A stretch of DNA of 64,000 bases from Candidatus Latescibacterota bacterium (GTDB lineage Bacteria; Latescibacterota; UBA2968; UBA8231): contig CBDCXV010000001.1 of NCBI GenBank assembly GCA_965223905.1, positions 896,001-960,000 of the forward strand, read 5' to 3'. The notes under the pieces are model-generated. The model was not told the origin of the DNA. It ran no database searches and saw only the letters and a program-made list of their open reading frames with translations. Position numbers and translations under genes: made by a program. Position 1 is the first letter of the stretch, and the number at the start of each line of letters is the position of its first letter. Of the stretch, positions 1 through 9,298 are shown piece by piece.

Positions 1-213
1 CCGCTCCTGGATTTCGGGCTGGTCGCGCTCCGCGGTGAAGTCGTCCGAAATCTCCCGTACGCCTTCCGCGAAGAGGTCCCAGGGATCTTTCTGCGTGATC
101 AGGACCCCGAGGGCTGTCTTCTTGATGTAAACCTCGCTGCCCTCGAAACGAAATTCGCGCGGCAACCTGACGGCTTGGCTCCTGCCGTTCTTGAAGAGTT
201 TGGCGGTCCGCAT
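1..213 (-). CDS. vapB: VapB/AbrB-MazE-SpoVT family antitoxin (3' end runs off window)
   Basis: Manual translation MRTAKLFKNGRSQAVRLPREFRFEGSEVYIKK...; AGGAG RBS upstream; below the ORF-track cutoff. Confidence 0.85.
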   Translation of the reverse strand, partial: MRTAKLFKNGRSQAVRLPREFRFEGSEVYIKKTALGVLITQKDPWDLFAEGVREISDDFTAERDQPEIQER

Positions 214-227
214 GCGCACCTCTCCTA

Positions 228-255
228 TATTGATATATCACAGATAATATATACC
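228..255. promoter_or_regulatory. AT-rich palindromic operator/promoter region of vapB(C)
   Basis: TGATATATCA palindrome (231-240) and a second ATATATAC half-site just upstream of the vapB RBS; VapBC operons are typically autoregulated. Confidence 0.45.
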
Positions 256-496
256 GTATTTCTCCATTCAGCCAACCGCAGGTTCTGACCGATTCCATCA
301 TTCGACTCGATGCTCCTGCGATCTGGCAGGAAGATTCGGGCATGCGAGACAGGGCACAGGCAAATCGTTAGCTTGAGCGCACGATCCGACCGCAATCGCG
401 ATACCCGGCGAGAGTCGCAGCGGGCCGCCGGAAGCGTGCAGTTTGCTATATGACTTGCTGTAATTAATCATGTTGACATGAACCCGGAGTGGCCGA

Positions 497-2038
497 ATGA
501 ACAAGCCGAAACTGATCTATTACAACGACGCGCGGCACTACAGCTTCTACCGCTACGACCCGCCGATGAGCCTGCACCAGCTGCGGCAACCGGTCGACGA
601 GCTGCTCGGCACCGGGGTAGATACCCTGTCCTACGGCCTGGCCTCGGGGCAGACCTTCTTTCACGACACCCGGGTGGGTGTGCAGTGGGGGGACGTCGAC
701 GGCCGCCACAACCACGGGGTGATGTGGTGGCGGGCAGCCGAGAACGCCAGGCAGTCAATCGCGGCAGGCAACGACGTGCTGCGCGTGGTAGTCGAAAGGG
801 CTCGCGAAAAGGGGCTGCAGGTACTGTGCAGCATGCGCATGAACGACTCGTCGACGGAATCCAACCTCTACATGATGAGCCGTCTCAAGCGCGAGCATCC
901 CGAGGTGATGATCGGGGAGGAAGCCGCAGGCGGCCATCCGCACGCGGCCACCTGCGAGGATTACGCCCGTGCCGAGGTGCGCGAGGAGCGGCTGCGCCTG
1001 ATCGAGGAAGTCATGGGGTACGGCCCCTGCGGCCTGGAGATGGACCCCTACGTCGGGGTTTTCTTCCAGCCCTCCCGTGTGCGCGAGAACGCCGGCATAC
1101 TGACCGGGTTCGTGCGCGAGGTGCGCGCCATGTTCGACCGCCTCGGGCGGGAGCGGGGGGAGCGGCTCTGCCTTGCTTCGAGGGTGTACCCCGCGGAGGA
1201 GCAGAACCTCGGCATCGGCATGGACGTGCGCACCTGGATGCGAGAGGGGCTGATCGACCTGGTCGTACCCAATCCTCCGGGGCAGCTGTTTTGCCCGGAA
1301 ATGGACATCCGGTGGCTTCTCGACGCCGCCGGCGAAGCCGGGACCTGGGTGTACGTGCCGCTCGGCCGCGAGCCGTACGACGACCGCCACCAGTCGCCGA
1401 CCATCGAAATGCGGAGGGCCGCGGCCACCAATTTCCACGCCATGGGAGCGGACGGGGTGTACCTGTCCGACCTGAAGTGGCCGCACGACAACGACAGCCA
1501 CCAAGCGCTGCGCGAGCTCGGGGATCCCGACATCTACGCGCGCAAGAGCAAGCAGTACCTGGTGCCGGTGCGGGATGCGGAGCCGGATGAATTCGCCCCC
1601 GAGCGGCATCTGCCCAGGGAGCTGGACGAGGGTGTCGGCGCCGCGGTGCCGTTCCTGGTCGGCGACCGCCTGCGGGAAGCCGAGGCGGACGGAGAGATCG
1701 ACCGCGTCGAGCTGCGGGTGCGCATCGTTCAGTACTGCCCCGAGGACGAGCTGGCATTCACATTCAACGGAACGGAGATAACGCCGGCGCGGACCAGCCA
1801 TTTCTACGGCGGCCTGGTGTCGTACGGGGCCGCGCGCGGGGGTTTGCCGGAGCGCATCGACACCCATTACTGGTTCAGCTTCGACCTGCCGAGCGCCCTG
1901 GTGCTGGAGGGGGTGAATGAGCTGCAGGTGGTGTTGAAGCGGCGGTATGCCCCGCTGCAATCGACGCGGGTGCTGCAGTCGGTGGAGCTGCGGATCGACT
2001 ACGTCGAGCCGTTCGCCACCGTCGGCGGGCAGATGTAA
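497..2038 (+). CDS. GHL10-like (DUF187-type) TIM-barrel glycoside hydrolase-like protein
   Basis: 513 aa; YYNDARH, SMRMND and GLEMD motifs; C-terminal beta-sandwich; paralog of 33554-35173. Confidence 0.6.
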   Translation: MNKPKLIYYNDARHYSFYRYDPPMSLHQLRQPVDELLGTGVDTLSYGLASGQTFFHDTRVGVQWGDVDGRHNHGVMWWRAAENARQSIAAGNDVLRVVVERAREKGLQVLCSMRMNDSSTESNLYMMSRLKREHPEVMIGEEAAGGHPHAATCEDYARAEVREERLRLIEEVMGYGPCGLEMDPYVGVFFQPSRVRENAGILTGFVREVRAMFDRLGRERGERLCLASRVYPAEEQNLGIGMDVRTWMREGLIDLVVPNPPGQLFCPEMDIRWLLDAAGEAGTWVYVPLGREPYDDRHQSPTIEMRRAAATNFHAMGADGVYLSDLKWPHDNDSHQALRELGDPDIYARKSKQYLVPVRDAEPDEFAPERHLPRELDEGVGAAVPFLVGDRLREAEADGEIDRVELRVRIVQYCPEDELAFTFNGTEITPARTSHFYGGLVSYGAARGGLPERIDTHYWFSFDLPSALVLEGVNELQVVLKRRYAPLQSTRVLQSVELRIDYVEPFATVGGQM

Positions 2039-2108
2039 GCGAGGGAGTAGTCGAGAACCGCAGGTTGCGGCGGCGAATAACCGGGGCGGAAGGACAGGGT
2101 GGGCCGGG

Positions 2109-2483
2109 CTAGGTCCTGACCAGGATCGTTCCCATCGTCGAGATCCAGGTGACGAACATCAGGCCGATGAGCCAGTAGAAGCGGGTGTTCATCTCTTTCC
2201 GCAGCAGCTCGATTTTCAAATCGAGTCTTGCCTCGAGTCCGTCGATTCTGGCGGCGAGTTTGTTGTCGCCCCCGTCGATTCTGGCGGTGAGGTTGCTGTC
2301 GAGTCCGTCGATTCTGGCGGTGAGTTTGTTGTCGCCCCCGTCGATTCTGGCGGTGAGCCTGGACTCGAACTCATCGATCTTGGAATCGAGACGTCGCACG
2401 TCCCCCTCGCTCAGCTCCAGTCGGCGATCGATCTGGAGAAGCACGTCGCGGGTCGTGAGTTCGGCGGAAGTCGGCTCGGACAT
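2109..2483 (-). CDS. Small coiled-coil protein with 11-aa repeats and C-terminal TM helix (DUF1640/CCDC90/Bdr-like)
   Basis: MSEPTSAE... start at 2483; LTARIDG(G/L)DxK repeats; hydrophobic tail FYWLIGLMFVTWISTMGTILV. Confidence 0.7.
   Translation of the reverse strand: MSEPTSAELTTRDVLLQIDRRLELSEGDVRRLDSKIDEFESRLTARIDGGDNKLTARIDGLDSNLTARIDGGDNKLAARIDGLEARLDLKIELLRKEMNTRFYWLIGLMFVTWISTMGTILVRT
2235..2357. repeat. 33-bp tandem repeat (about 4 units, alternating A/B variants), coding
   Basis: GTCGATTCTGGCGG recurs at 2241, 2274, 2307 and 2340. Confidence 0.9.
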
Positions 2484-2636
2484 GGGATTCTCTGCGGTAT
2501 CGGGTGGAAATATATGCAAAGGGCTTTGCTGCAAAAGCGGTGCCGCCGTTCCACCCGGGACAAACCAGTCGAAACCGAGGCTTCCGGACGTGTGCGGAAG
2601 GTGACGTTCGATAACTTGGCGTAACAGGAGAATGGG

Positions 2637-4004
2637 ATGTACAGCGAACTGCTCGCACAGCGAGAAGCGAAGAGGGATCCGATCTGCGTCGGCGTCATCG
2701 GCGCCGGCAAGTTCGGCAGCGGCCTGGTGGTGCAGCTCTCCAGGGTTCCCGGGATGCGCGCCGCCGCGGTAGCCGACCTGCGCCTTCAGCAGGCGCGCGA
2801 CGCCTACACCAGCTGCGGACTGGAAGCCGCCGCGGTCGTCGAAGCGCGGACAGCGGGGCAGGTCGACGACGCCGTTCGCCAGAGCCGCCCGGTGATCGCC
2901 GAGGACGCGAGCCTGATCGCGAGCGCCGGGTCCATCGACGTCGTGGTCGAGGCGACGGGGATTCCCGAGGCCGGGGCGGCCAACGCCACCGCCGCCATCG
3001 ACAGCGGCAAGCACCTGGTGATGGTAAACATCGAGACCGACGTGACCATCGGTGCCCTGCTGAAAGCAAGGGCGGACGAGGCCGGGGTGGTCTACACCCT
3101 GGTCGACGGCGACCAGCCCGGGTGCATCATGCACATGGTGGAATGGGCGCGCACCCTCGGTTTCGAGATCGTCGCGGCCGGCAGGGGGACGATCTACCTG
3201 AAGGGGGACAGGGAGGGGACCCCCGATTCGGCCGCGGCCCGTTTCCGGTTCGACGGAGAGACCCTGTCCCGGCGCCACATCAACCTGAAGATGTACAACT
3301 CCTTCCGGGACGGCACCAAGGCGCAGCTCGAGATGACGGCGCTGGCCAACATGACCGGCCTGCCCCCGGACGTGCGCGGCATGCACGAGCCCTCCTGCAA
3401 CCTCGAGGATATTCCGCGCGCCTTCAGCCTGAAGGAGGAAGGGGGGCTGCTGCAGCGGCACGGGGTCGTCGAGCTCGCCAACAGCGTCGCCGCGGACGGC
3501 GTCACCATGCTGCCGAACCCGCTGCTGATGGGGGTGTTCGCGGTGATTCGCGCCGACCACCCCTTCATCCGGGAGGACCTGGCGGCTTACGACTGCCTCC
3601 CGGGCGGGGACGGCAACTTCCTGCTCTACCGCCCCTACCACCTGGTGGCGGTGGAGGCGCCGATGTCGATCGCCCGGGCCGTCCTCTACGGCAAGCCGAC
3701 CGGGGCGCCGCGCGAGGTGCCGGTCGCCGAGGTGATCGCCGTGGCCAAGCGCGGCCTGAGGAAAGGGGAGAGGCTGGACGGCGGCGGCGGATTCACCGTC
3801 AACGGGGTCATCGAGAAGGCCGAGGTTGCGCGCCGCGACAGGCTGCTTCCCCTCGGACTGGCCAGCGGAATCGAGCTGTCGCGGGACGTCGCCGCGGGTG
3901 AGGCGATCTCTTGCCAGGACGTTATCCTGAACGAGGAGTCGCCGATCCTGAAGCTGCGTCGGGATCAGGACCGGCTGGTGGCCTCGAGGATGGCTGAAAG
4001 CTGA
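2637..4004 (+). CDS. NAD(P)-dependent oxidoreductase, homoserine-dehydrogenase-like, with C-terminal SAF domain
   Basis: GVIGAGKFG Rossmann motif; GDQPG, DGTK and LYRPYHL motifs; AKRGLRKGERLDGGGG SAF motif. Confidence 0.8.
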   Translation: MYSELLAQREAKRDPICVGVIGAGKFGSGLVVQLSRVPGMRAAAVADLRLQQARDAYTSCGLEAAAVVEARTAGQVDDAVRQSRPVIAEDASLIASAGSIDVVVEATGIPEAGAANATAAIDSGKHLVMVNIETDVTIGALLKARADEAGVVYTLVDGDQPGCIMHMVEWARTLGFEIVAAGRGTIYLKGDREGTPDSAAARFRFDGETLSRRHINLKMYNSFRDGTKAQLEMTALANMTGLPPDVRGMHEPSCNLEDIPRAFSLKEEGGLLQRHGVVELANSVAADGVTMLPNPLLMGVFAVIRADHPFIREDLAAYDCLPGGDGNFLLYRPYHLVAVEAPMSIARAVLYGKPTGAPREVPVAEVIAVAKRGLRKGERLDGGGGFTVNGVIEKAEVARRDRLLPLGLASGIELSRDVAAGEAISCQDVILNEESPILKLRRDQDRLVASRMAES

Positions 4005-4263
4005 CCGCACCAGGAGCCGGGAGGGGTAATGCGCCTGTCAGCAGGAACTCCGAGCGCGGCCGGCTCGATCAATGCCGGCAGGAGCGATCTCTGCCCTCCC
4101 GCGCAGCGCTCCGGGGCTTGGCAGCCCGTTGAATAAGTCCATCTGGGCTGCGGCCGGTCCGACACTCCGCACCAAGGCATCGATTTTCGAGGATATCCGG
4201 GTCGCGGGAGCCGCGCCGCAGGGCCACGGGTACGCACCGCAGCGGCGCCCGCTCCGCCGCCGG

Positions 4264-6021
4264 CTACTCCCTCACCACCGCCAGGGTGCCGCGGCGTCTT
4301 TGCCCGTCGGCGTCGAGCACGTAGTAGTAGAGACCGGAGCCGACGAGTTTCCCCGCTTCGTTGCGGCCGTCCCAGACGGCCTCGTACTCCCGCGCAAGAC
4401 GCTTCTCGAGGTCGAGCACGTGCACCAGCCTTCCATCGGCAGCGAAGATCGACAGCTTCGCGGAACCGGCGCTGTCGAGCATGTACCGGATGCGGGTTCG
4501 CGAATGTCCGCCAGGGAGGAACGGATTCGGGAACCAGTGCCCGAGGACGACCTCGGCGGGTAACCTCCCGCCGGTCAGGTGCGGTTCGTACTTCGCCGAA
4601 ACCGAGTACGGATAGCCGATCCCCGCCAAAGCGGTGTTGCTGACGACGAGCACTACCGCACTGTAGAAGTTCCAGTCGACCACCTCGACCGGGGTGTTCC
4701 TGTCGAGCGCCTTCACCTCAACGCTGTCCGGCGATACCAGGGCGAGCCTGCGCAGCCAGCGCAATCCCTCGAAATCGGTGGAGATCCCCACTCCCCCCTC
4801 GCCCAGCGGTTCCAGCACCAGGTAGGCGCTGGCGAGGTGATCGACGCGGCCGCTGGCCTCCAGCGCATCGTCTCCGATCAGGCGCGGATTCACCTCGATT
4901 TCCGGGTACTTGTGGCCCTCCCCGTAGAACTCCTCCCGGTGCCGCTCCCCGGTGAAGTAGTTCCAGACCGCGAACTCGTTGACGGCCTCGCCGAGGCCTC
5001 CGAAGGGTTGAAGAGCGCGCTGGAAGTTCTCCAGCGAGGCACTTTCGCGGCGGGCGTGCTCTTCCCAGATCTCCCGCACCACCTGGCGGCCGTAGCGCTG
5101 GTCGAGGAAGTGGGAGAAAATCGCCGAGCCGTAGACGCGCCTGCCCGGCGATGGGCTCTCGAGCGAACGTTCCGGCGACCGTATGAAATCGCACAGGTAC
5201 TGCAGGTAGTCGTCTGCCTCCGGGTAGGCGACGTCCTCAATCCAGGTGGCGGAAGACTCCTGCCACCAGTACCCCTCGCTCCCCTGGTAGTAGCCGAACT
5301 GGATCATGTGGAAGAACTCGTGTGCCAGGGTGACCCGCAGGGCGGTCAGCTCGCGCGCTCCGCGGGCGCCGTCGCAGCTGCTCGGGCGGCCGAAGATCGA
5401 CTCGGTGAAATTGTTGTCGATGCGCAGGTAGGAAGGCCCCCTCGGGCCGTTTCCCTCGGGCTGGGTGAACCCGTAGTAGCCGCCGAGGATCTGCTCGATG
5501 TAGACGTCGTACTCGTCGCCGCCTCCCAGGGTTCCGTCGCTCGGCGGCGGGTCGTAGCCGAGGACCTCGACCTCGAGGTGCCACATGCTGTCGATGGCGG
5601 CCGCGGTCACGTCGACGTAGTCGGGGATGCCGTTGCCGTCCCCGTCGGCAGGGTCGACGGCGTGCTCGCCTTCGATGTCGAAATGGATGCGGAAGCGCCC
5701 GGACGGGCTCAGCACCTGGCGCGACAGCGTGGGCCGGGCCAGGGCCTTGGCGAGGGCGCGGCCGTACCCGGGACTCGACCCGTCGCGGGCGTCCAGGGCG
5801 TCGAGGATCAGGGGGGTGGCGCAGCCTCGCGGCCCGGGGTTCTCATCGCGGTATTCCGCGGGAAGGGAGTCGGGCTCCAGGGTCTCGTAGACCTCGTAGA
5901 GCAGGGCGGTTTCGGTATCGAGGAGGCCGGATTCGCGGGCCTCCGCAATCAGGGGATTCGCCGGCGCCGCGTCAGGAGCCGCGGTGAGGGCGGCGATCGA
6001 CAGCAGAAAAAGGGTGCGCAA
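4264..6021 (-). CDS. Secreted zinc metalloprotease (MXAN_6640-like) with C-terminal FlgD-Ig/T9SS-like domain
   Basis: TTG start, signal peptide LRTLFLLSIAALTAA; AHEFFHMIQFGY HExxH; FPNPF...WDGRNEAGKLVGSGLYYY tail. Confidence 0.75.
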   Translation of the reverse strand: MRTLFLLSIAALTAAPDAAPANPLIAEARESGLLDTETALLYEVYETLEPDSLPAEYRDENPGPRGCATPLILDALDARDGSSPGYGRALAKALARPTLSRQVLSPSGRFRIHFDIEGEHAVDPADGDGNGIPDYVDVTAAAIDSMWHLEVEVLGYDPPPSDGTLGGGDEYDVYIEQILGGYYGFTQPEGNGPRGPSYLRIDNNFTESIFGRPSSCDGARGARELTALRVTLAHEFFHMIQFGYYQGSEGYWWQESSATWIEDVAYPEADDYLQYLCDFIRSPERSLESPSPGRRVYGSAIFSHFLDQRYGRQVVREIWEEHARRESASLENFQRALQPFGGLGEAVNEFAVWNYFTGERHREEFYGEGHKYPEIEVNPRLIGDDALEASGRVDHLASAYLVLEPLGEGGVGISTDFEGLRWLRRLALVSPDSVEVKALDRNTPVEVVDWNFYSAVVLVVSNTALAGIGYPYSVSAKYEPHLTGGRLPAEVVLGHWFPNPFLPGGHSRTRIRYMLDSAGSAKLSIFAADGRLVHVLDLEKRLAREYEAVWDGRNEAGKLVGSGLYYYVLDADGQRRRGTLAVVRE

Positions 6022-6023
6022 CT

Positions 6024-8027
6024 TCAGTGGTCGGTCGGCGGCCGGCCCAGGACGGCGATCTTGTCGCGGCGCAGCAGCTCGCCGTCCTCGTCGCGGATGG
6101 AGTAGATGTAGACACCGCTGCCGACGATGAATCCCGCTTCGTTGACGCCGAGCCAGCGGATCTCGTTGCCCTTGAGATCCTCCTCGCGTCCCGTCCAGAG
6201 CAGCTCCCCGTCGAGAGAGGCGATCTGCACACGCGAGAACAGGGGAAGGCCGATGAAGGCGAGGTATTTGTCCTGTTGCGGAGCAAACGGGTTCGGGTAG
6301 ACGACGATGTCGTCGGCAGGCACGAGGCGCACGTTCTGGAACGCCCTGTTGTCGCTCTCGCTCGTCTCTTCGATTTCGCCCTCCGGGTCGACCTCGACGA
6401 GAAACACCATCTCGCCGTAGCGCTGCCAGGGAATGGAGATGTCGTCGACGGCGCCTGCGGCCAGCGGTCCCGGGCGCCGTTCGTCGAAAACGACCCGGCA
6501 ACCGGTGGAATCGTGGGCGCAGCGGGATAGGCGGACGCGAAAGGCATCCTCCAAAGGGGCGGCGCCGATGTTGCCGACGCGGACCCTGAGGTTGTCCTCG
6601 GCATCCCCCTTCAGATCGCCGCCGGAAACCATCAGGTTCGGGAGGCTGTCGCCGGTCCCGAACTGCGCCAGGGTGGCCACGGTCAGACGGGTGACGCCGG
6701 CGACGAGTTCCCAGTTGACGCTGTCCGGCAGGTCGCGGACGGTGTGGTACTGCGTGTTCAACCGGTACAGGCCCCCGCGCACGCCGGCGGTCGTCGAGTC
6801 TGTCGGCAGGTAGTTCTCGATCCCGAGGACGGCGTCGTAGCCGCGCGCCCAGAACGGGGCGTGATCGCTGAGGCCGGCGTACGGGTCTTCGAGCAGGTCG
6901 ACGCGCAGTCCGATGCCGTAACGCTCGTTGGCGGAGCGCAGCAGGTCGACGAGCCAGAGCGACTCGGGGTTGGAGACCAGCTCGATGCGGTCGTGGAGAT
7001 CGTTGAACCCGATCATGTCGAAGTTCAGCACTCCGAGAATGCGCTCGTCGCCGGCCAGGGACTCGCCGGCGTAGTGGCGGCTGCCCCAGAGCCCCAGCTC
7101 CTCGCCCGACCAGGCGATGAAGCGGATCGACCAGGGAAACTGTCTGCCGCCGAGCACCCGGGCCGACTCGAGGACGAGGGCGACGCCGCTGGCGTTGTCG
7201 TCGGACCCGGGTGCGGGATCGGTGCGCCAGTCCCAGCCGCGCGAGCGGGTGCCGATGGCGTCGTAGTGGGCGCAGACGATGTAGTACCCGGCCCCCGGGT
7301 CGCTGCCGGACAGCTCGCCGATGACGTTGTACATGACGCTGTCCCCCTCGGAGATGGTGAACTCCTGCAGGCGCACGGCGTCGTCGCCAAGGGCCGCGGC
7401 GAGCTGCTCGCGAATGTAGCGGGTCGACTCGAAGGTCTCGGGACGGCGCGCGAAGCGGGTACGGAGGTTTGCCTCGACGCTGCCCTGGGAAGGGTCGATG
7501 AGCGACAGACGCTCGATGTGCTCCCTGAGCAGGTCGGTGTCGACTTCCGCGATCGCTTCCTCGACTCCGGCGGCGGCCGCAGGGGCCGTCCGCTTGTGCC
7601 GTGGGGCCGGTACCCATCCATCCACCGCATACCGGTCCGGCAAGGGGTAGAGGAAGATCTGATCGTCGTGAACGCGGCCGAAGTCGGCTTCCCCGATCTT
7701 CGACAGGCCCCAACCGCGGCGGTCCAGGTAGAGGAGATCCTGTCCCTGTGGCAGGGGGAAATGCAGGTGGTCGCTGAGGTACCAGTCCTCGTCCGCGCCA
7801 GCGGTTCCGGTGGCGGCGATTTCGAATCCCAGCTCAGTGACCCGCGCGCGCGCGGCCGAATCCGCCTCGACCACCGCGATCCCCGGGGCGATGTAGCGGG
7901 GGACGAGATCCTCATCCAGCGCCGCCAATTGGGACGGCTGCGACCAGCGCAGCACGAGCAGCTCCCGGGCGGAGCCGGTGCCGGCGAGAAGGCAGAGGAT
8001 GACGGCGCCCGTGGCCAGCCGCATCAT
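6024..8027 (-). CDS. Secreted M28 family metallopeptidase with CARDB-like and FlgD-Ig/T9SS-like C-terminal domains
   Basis: CAHYD, PGSDDNASG, GEELGLWGS, NFDMIG and SDHAPFW motifs; VDPEGEIEETSESDN (CARDB); YPNPF tail. Confidence 0.85.
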   Translation of the reverse strand: MMRLATGAVILCLLAGTGSARELLVLRWSQPSQLAALDEDLVPRYIAPGIAVVEADSAARARVTELGFEIAATGTAGADEDWYLSDHLHFPLPQGQDLLYLDRRGWGLSKIGEADFGRVHDDQIFLYPLPDRYAVDGWVPAPRHKRTAPAAAAGVEEAIAEVDTDLLREHIERLSLIDPSQGSVEANLRTRFARRPETFESTRYIREQLAAALGDDAVRLQEFTISEGDSVMYNVIGELSGSDPGAGYYIVCAHYDAIGTRSRGWDWRTDPAPGSDDNASGVALVLESARVLGGRQFPWSIRFIAWSGEELGLWGSRHYAGESLAGDERILGVLNFDMIGFNDLHDRIELVSNPESLWLVDLLRSANERYGIGLRVDLLEDPYAGLSDHAPFWARGYDAVLGIENYLPTDSTTAGVRGGLYRLNTQYHTVRDLPDSVNWELVAGVTRLTVATLAQFGTGDSLPNLMVSGGDLKGDAEDNLRVRVGNIGAAPLEDAFRVRLSRCAHDSTGCRVVFDERRPGPLAAGAVDDISIPWQRYGEMVFLVEVDPEGEIEETSESDNRAFQNVRLVPADDIVVYPNPFAPQQDKYLAFIGLPLFSRVQIASLDGELLWTGREEDLKGNEIRWLGVNEAGFIVGSGVYIYSIRDEDGELLRRDKIAVLGRPPTDH

Positions 8028-8309
8028 GAGCCGCGGTCCGCTGAAAAGGCCGATTGGGGGTGCCTCGGTGGCCGCATGCGGCGCTCTATTTCCTCCCTGA
8101 AGTCCCGCTTCGATCCGGTCTGCGTCCGCGGCCGGATGCGCTCCACCTTGTCTCCGGCCTCGCGATCCGGTGAGGTGATCCGCCCGCCCGCCCCGACGAC
8201 CCGGCCCCGCCTTCATCTGCGGCTCCGTCTTCCCGTCTCGCATCCCCGCAGGCTTCGCTGGCCAGTCGCCGCTGATTCCCGACCATCCATCCCGTTCCCC
8301 GACTCTTGC

Positions 8310-9065
8310 TCAGCTTGCGGCGAAGCGGCCGCGGTGGCTCATGATGTTGACCTGGGGCCGGTATCCGAGCACTTCCCGGGCGGCGGAGATGTCGAGGAAG
8401 CCGGTGTGCCCTTCCCAGACGTTTTCCGAGGCGCCGTAGGTGATGAGGAACCTCTCCTCCCCCTCGTAGTCGACGGCGAGGCCGAACAGCTGCGCCGCGT
8501 CGACCGGGGCCAGCAGGGTGCTGCAGAGGCGCAGGCCCGACGGTTCGGACTGTCCGCTGAAGGTGCCGATGCGGATGCTGATGAAGCGGCGGCCGTATAC
8601 GTTGACGAGGTTCATGCCGGCGATCTCGGCCATCCCCTTCATGGCGCCGTACCAGCCGTCCGGGTTGAACTGGTCGGCGGTGGAGAAGACCGGCGGGTCG
8701 GAAAGGCGCTCGTTCCAGCCGGTGGCGTGGTTGGAGCTGGCGTAGACGATCTTGCCGGCGCCGGCCCGGTGGGCGAGCTCGAACAGCTGCATGTTCATGG
8801 CGATGTCGGACATCCCCGCATCCGGCTCGCCGATCCTGTCCGCTCTCAGGTAGACCAGGGCCACCACAACGTCCTGCCCGGCGCAGACCTCGGCGGCGAA
8901 GGCCGGGTCGGTCAGTTCGCCGATCTCGGTGCGGGATTGCGCCCCCTCGATCTCCCTGACGTCGGTAAGGGTCAGCTCGTAGCGGTCGTCTGCTTCCCAG
9001 GATCGCCACAGGGCGCCGCCGACCATGCCGGCGGCGCCGGTGACGAGCACGCGTTTCTTTGCCAT
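8310..9065 (-). CDS. NAD-dependent epimerase/dehydratase (uronate-dehydrogenase-like SDR)
   Basis: VLVTGAAGMVG, YASSNHA and YGAMK (YxxxK) motifs. Confidence 0.85.
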   Translation of the reverse strand: MAKKRVLVTGAAGMVGGALWRSWEADDRYELTLTDVREIEGAQSRTEIGELTDPAFAAEVCAGQDVVVALVYLRADRIGEPDAGMSDIAMNMQLFELAHRAGAGKIVYASSNHATGWNERLSDPPVFSTADQFNPDGWYGAMKGMAEIAGMNLVNVYGRRFISIRIGTFSGQSEPSGLRLCSTLLAPVDAAQLFGLAVDYEGEERFLITYGASENVWEGHTGFLDISAAREVLGYRPQVNIMSHRGRFAAS

Positions 9066-9298
9066 CTGATTATCCGCGGTTGAAGGTTGGCACGGCTGAC
9101 AGGCCGTGCAGGTCTGGCGGTGGTTGAAACTCGCTTCAACGGCGGAGTGGTGCAATCGGCCCGCGCCTGCTTGCCCCCCTCCGGCGCGACCCGGATTTTT
9201 GCGGCGGAACGAATCCCGCCTTTGGCAGCCCGGGTGGACTTTTGAACGGCTGTTCAGGCGGCTCGCGCATCCGCCGCACCCAACGAGACGAGGGATAC

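Noticed and set aside
2235-2357. 33-bp periodic repeats as a CRISPR array
   Set aside because: No unique spacers, in-frame coding repeats, and no cas genes.
4121-4140. GCAGCCCGTTGAATAAGTCC, with a similar inverted string at about 9236-9252, as IS ends
   Set aside because: Short gapped similarity, no TSD, and no transposase between them.
4264-7713. 1149-aa ORF as a single protein
   Set aside because: Only the part from TTG 6021 is protein-like; the upstream part is an off-frame reading of the M28 gene.
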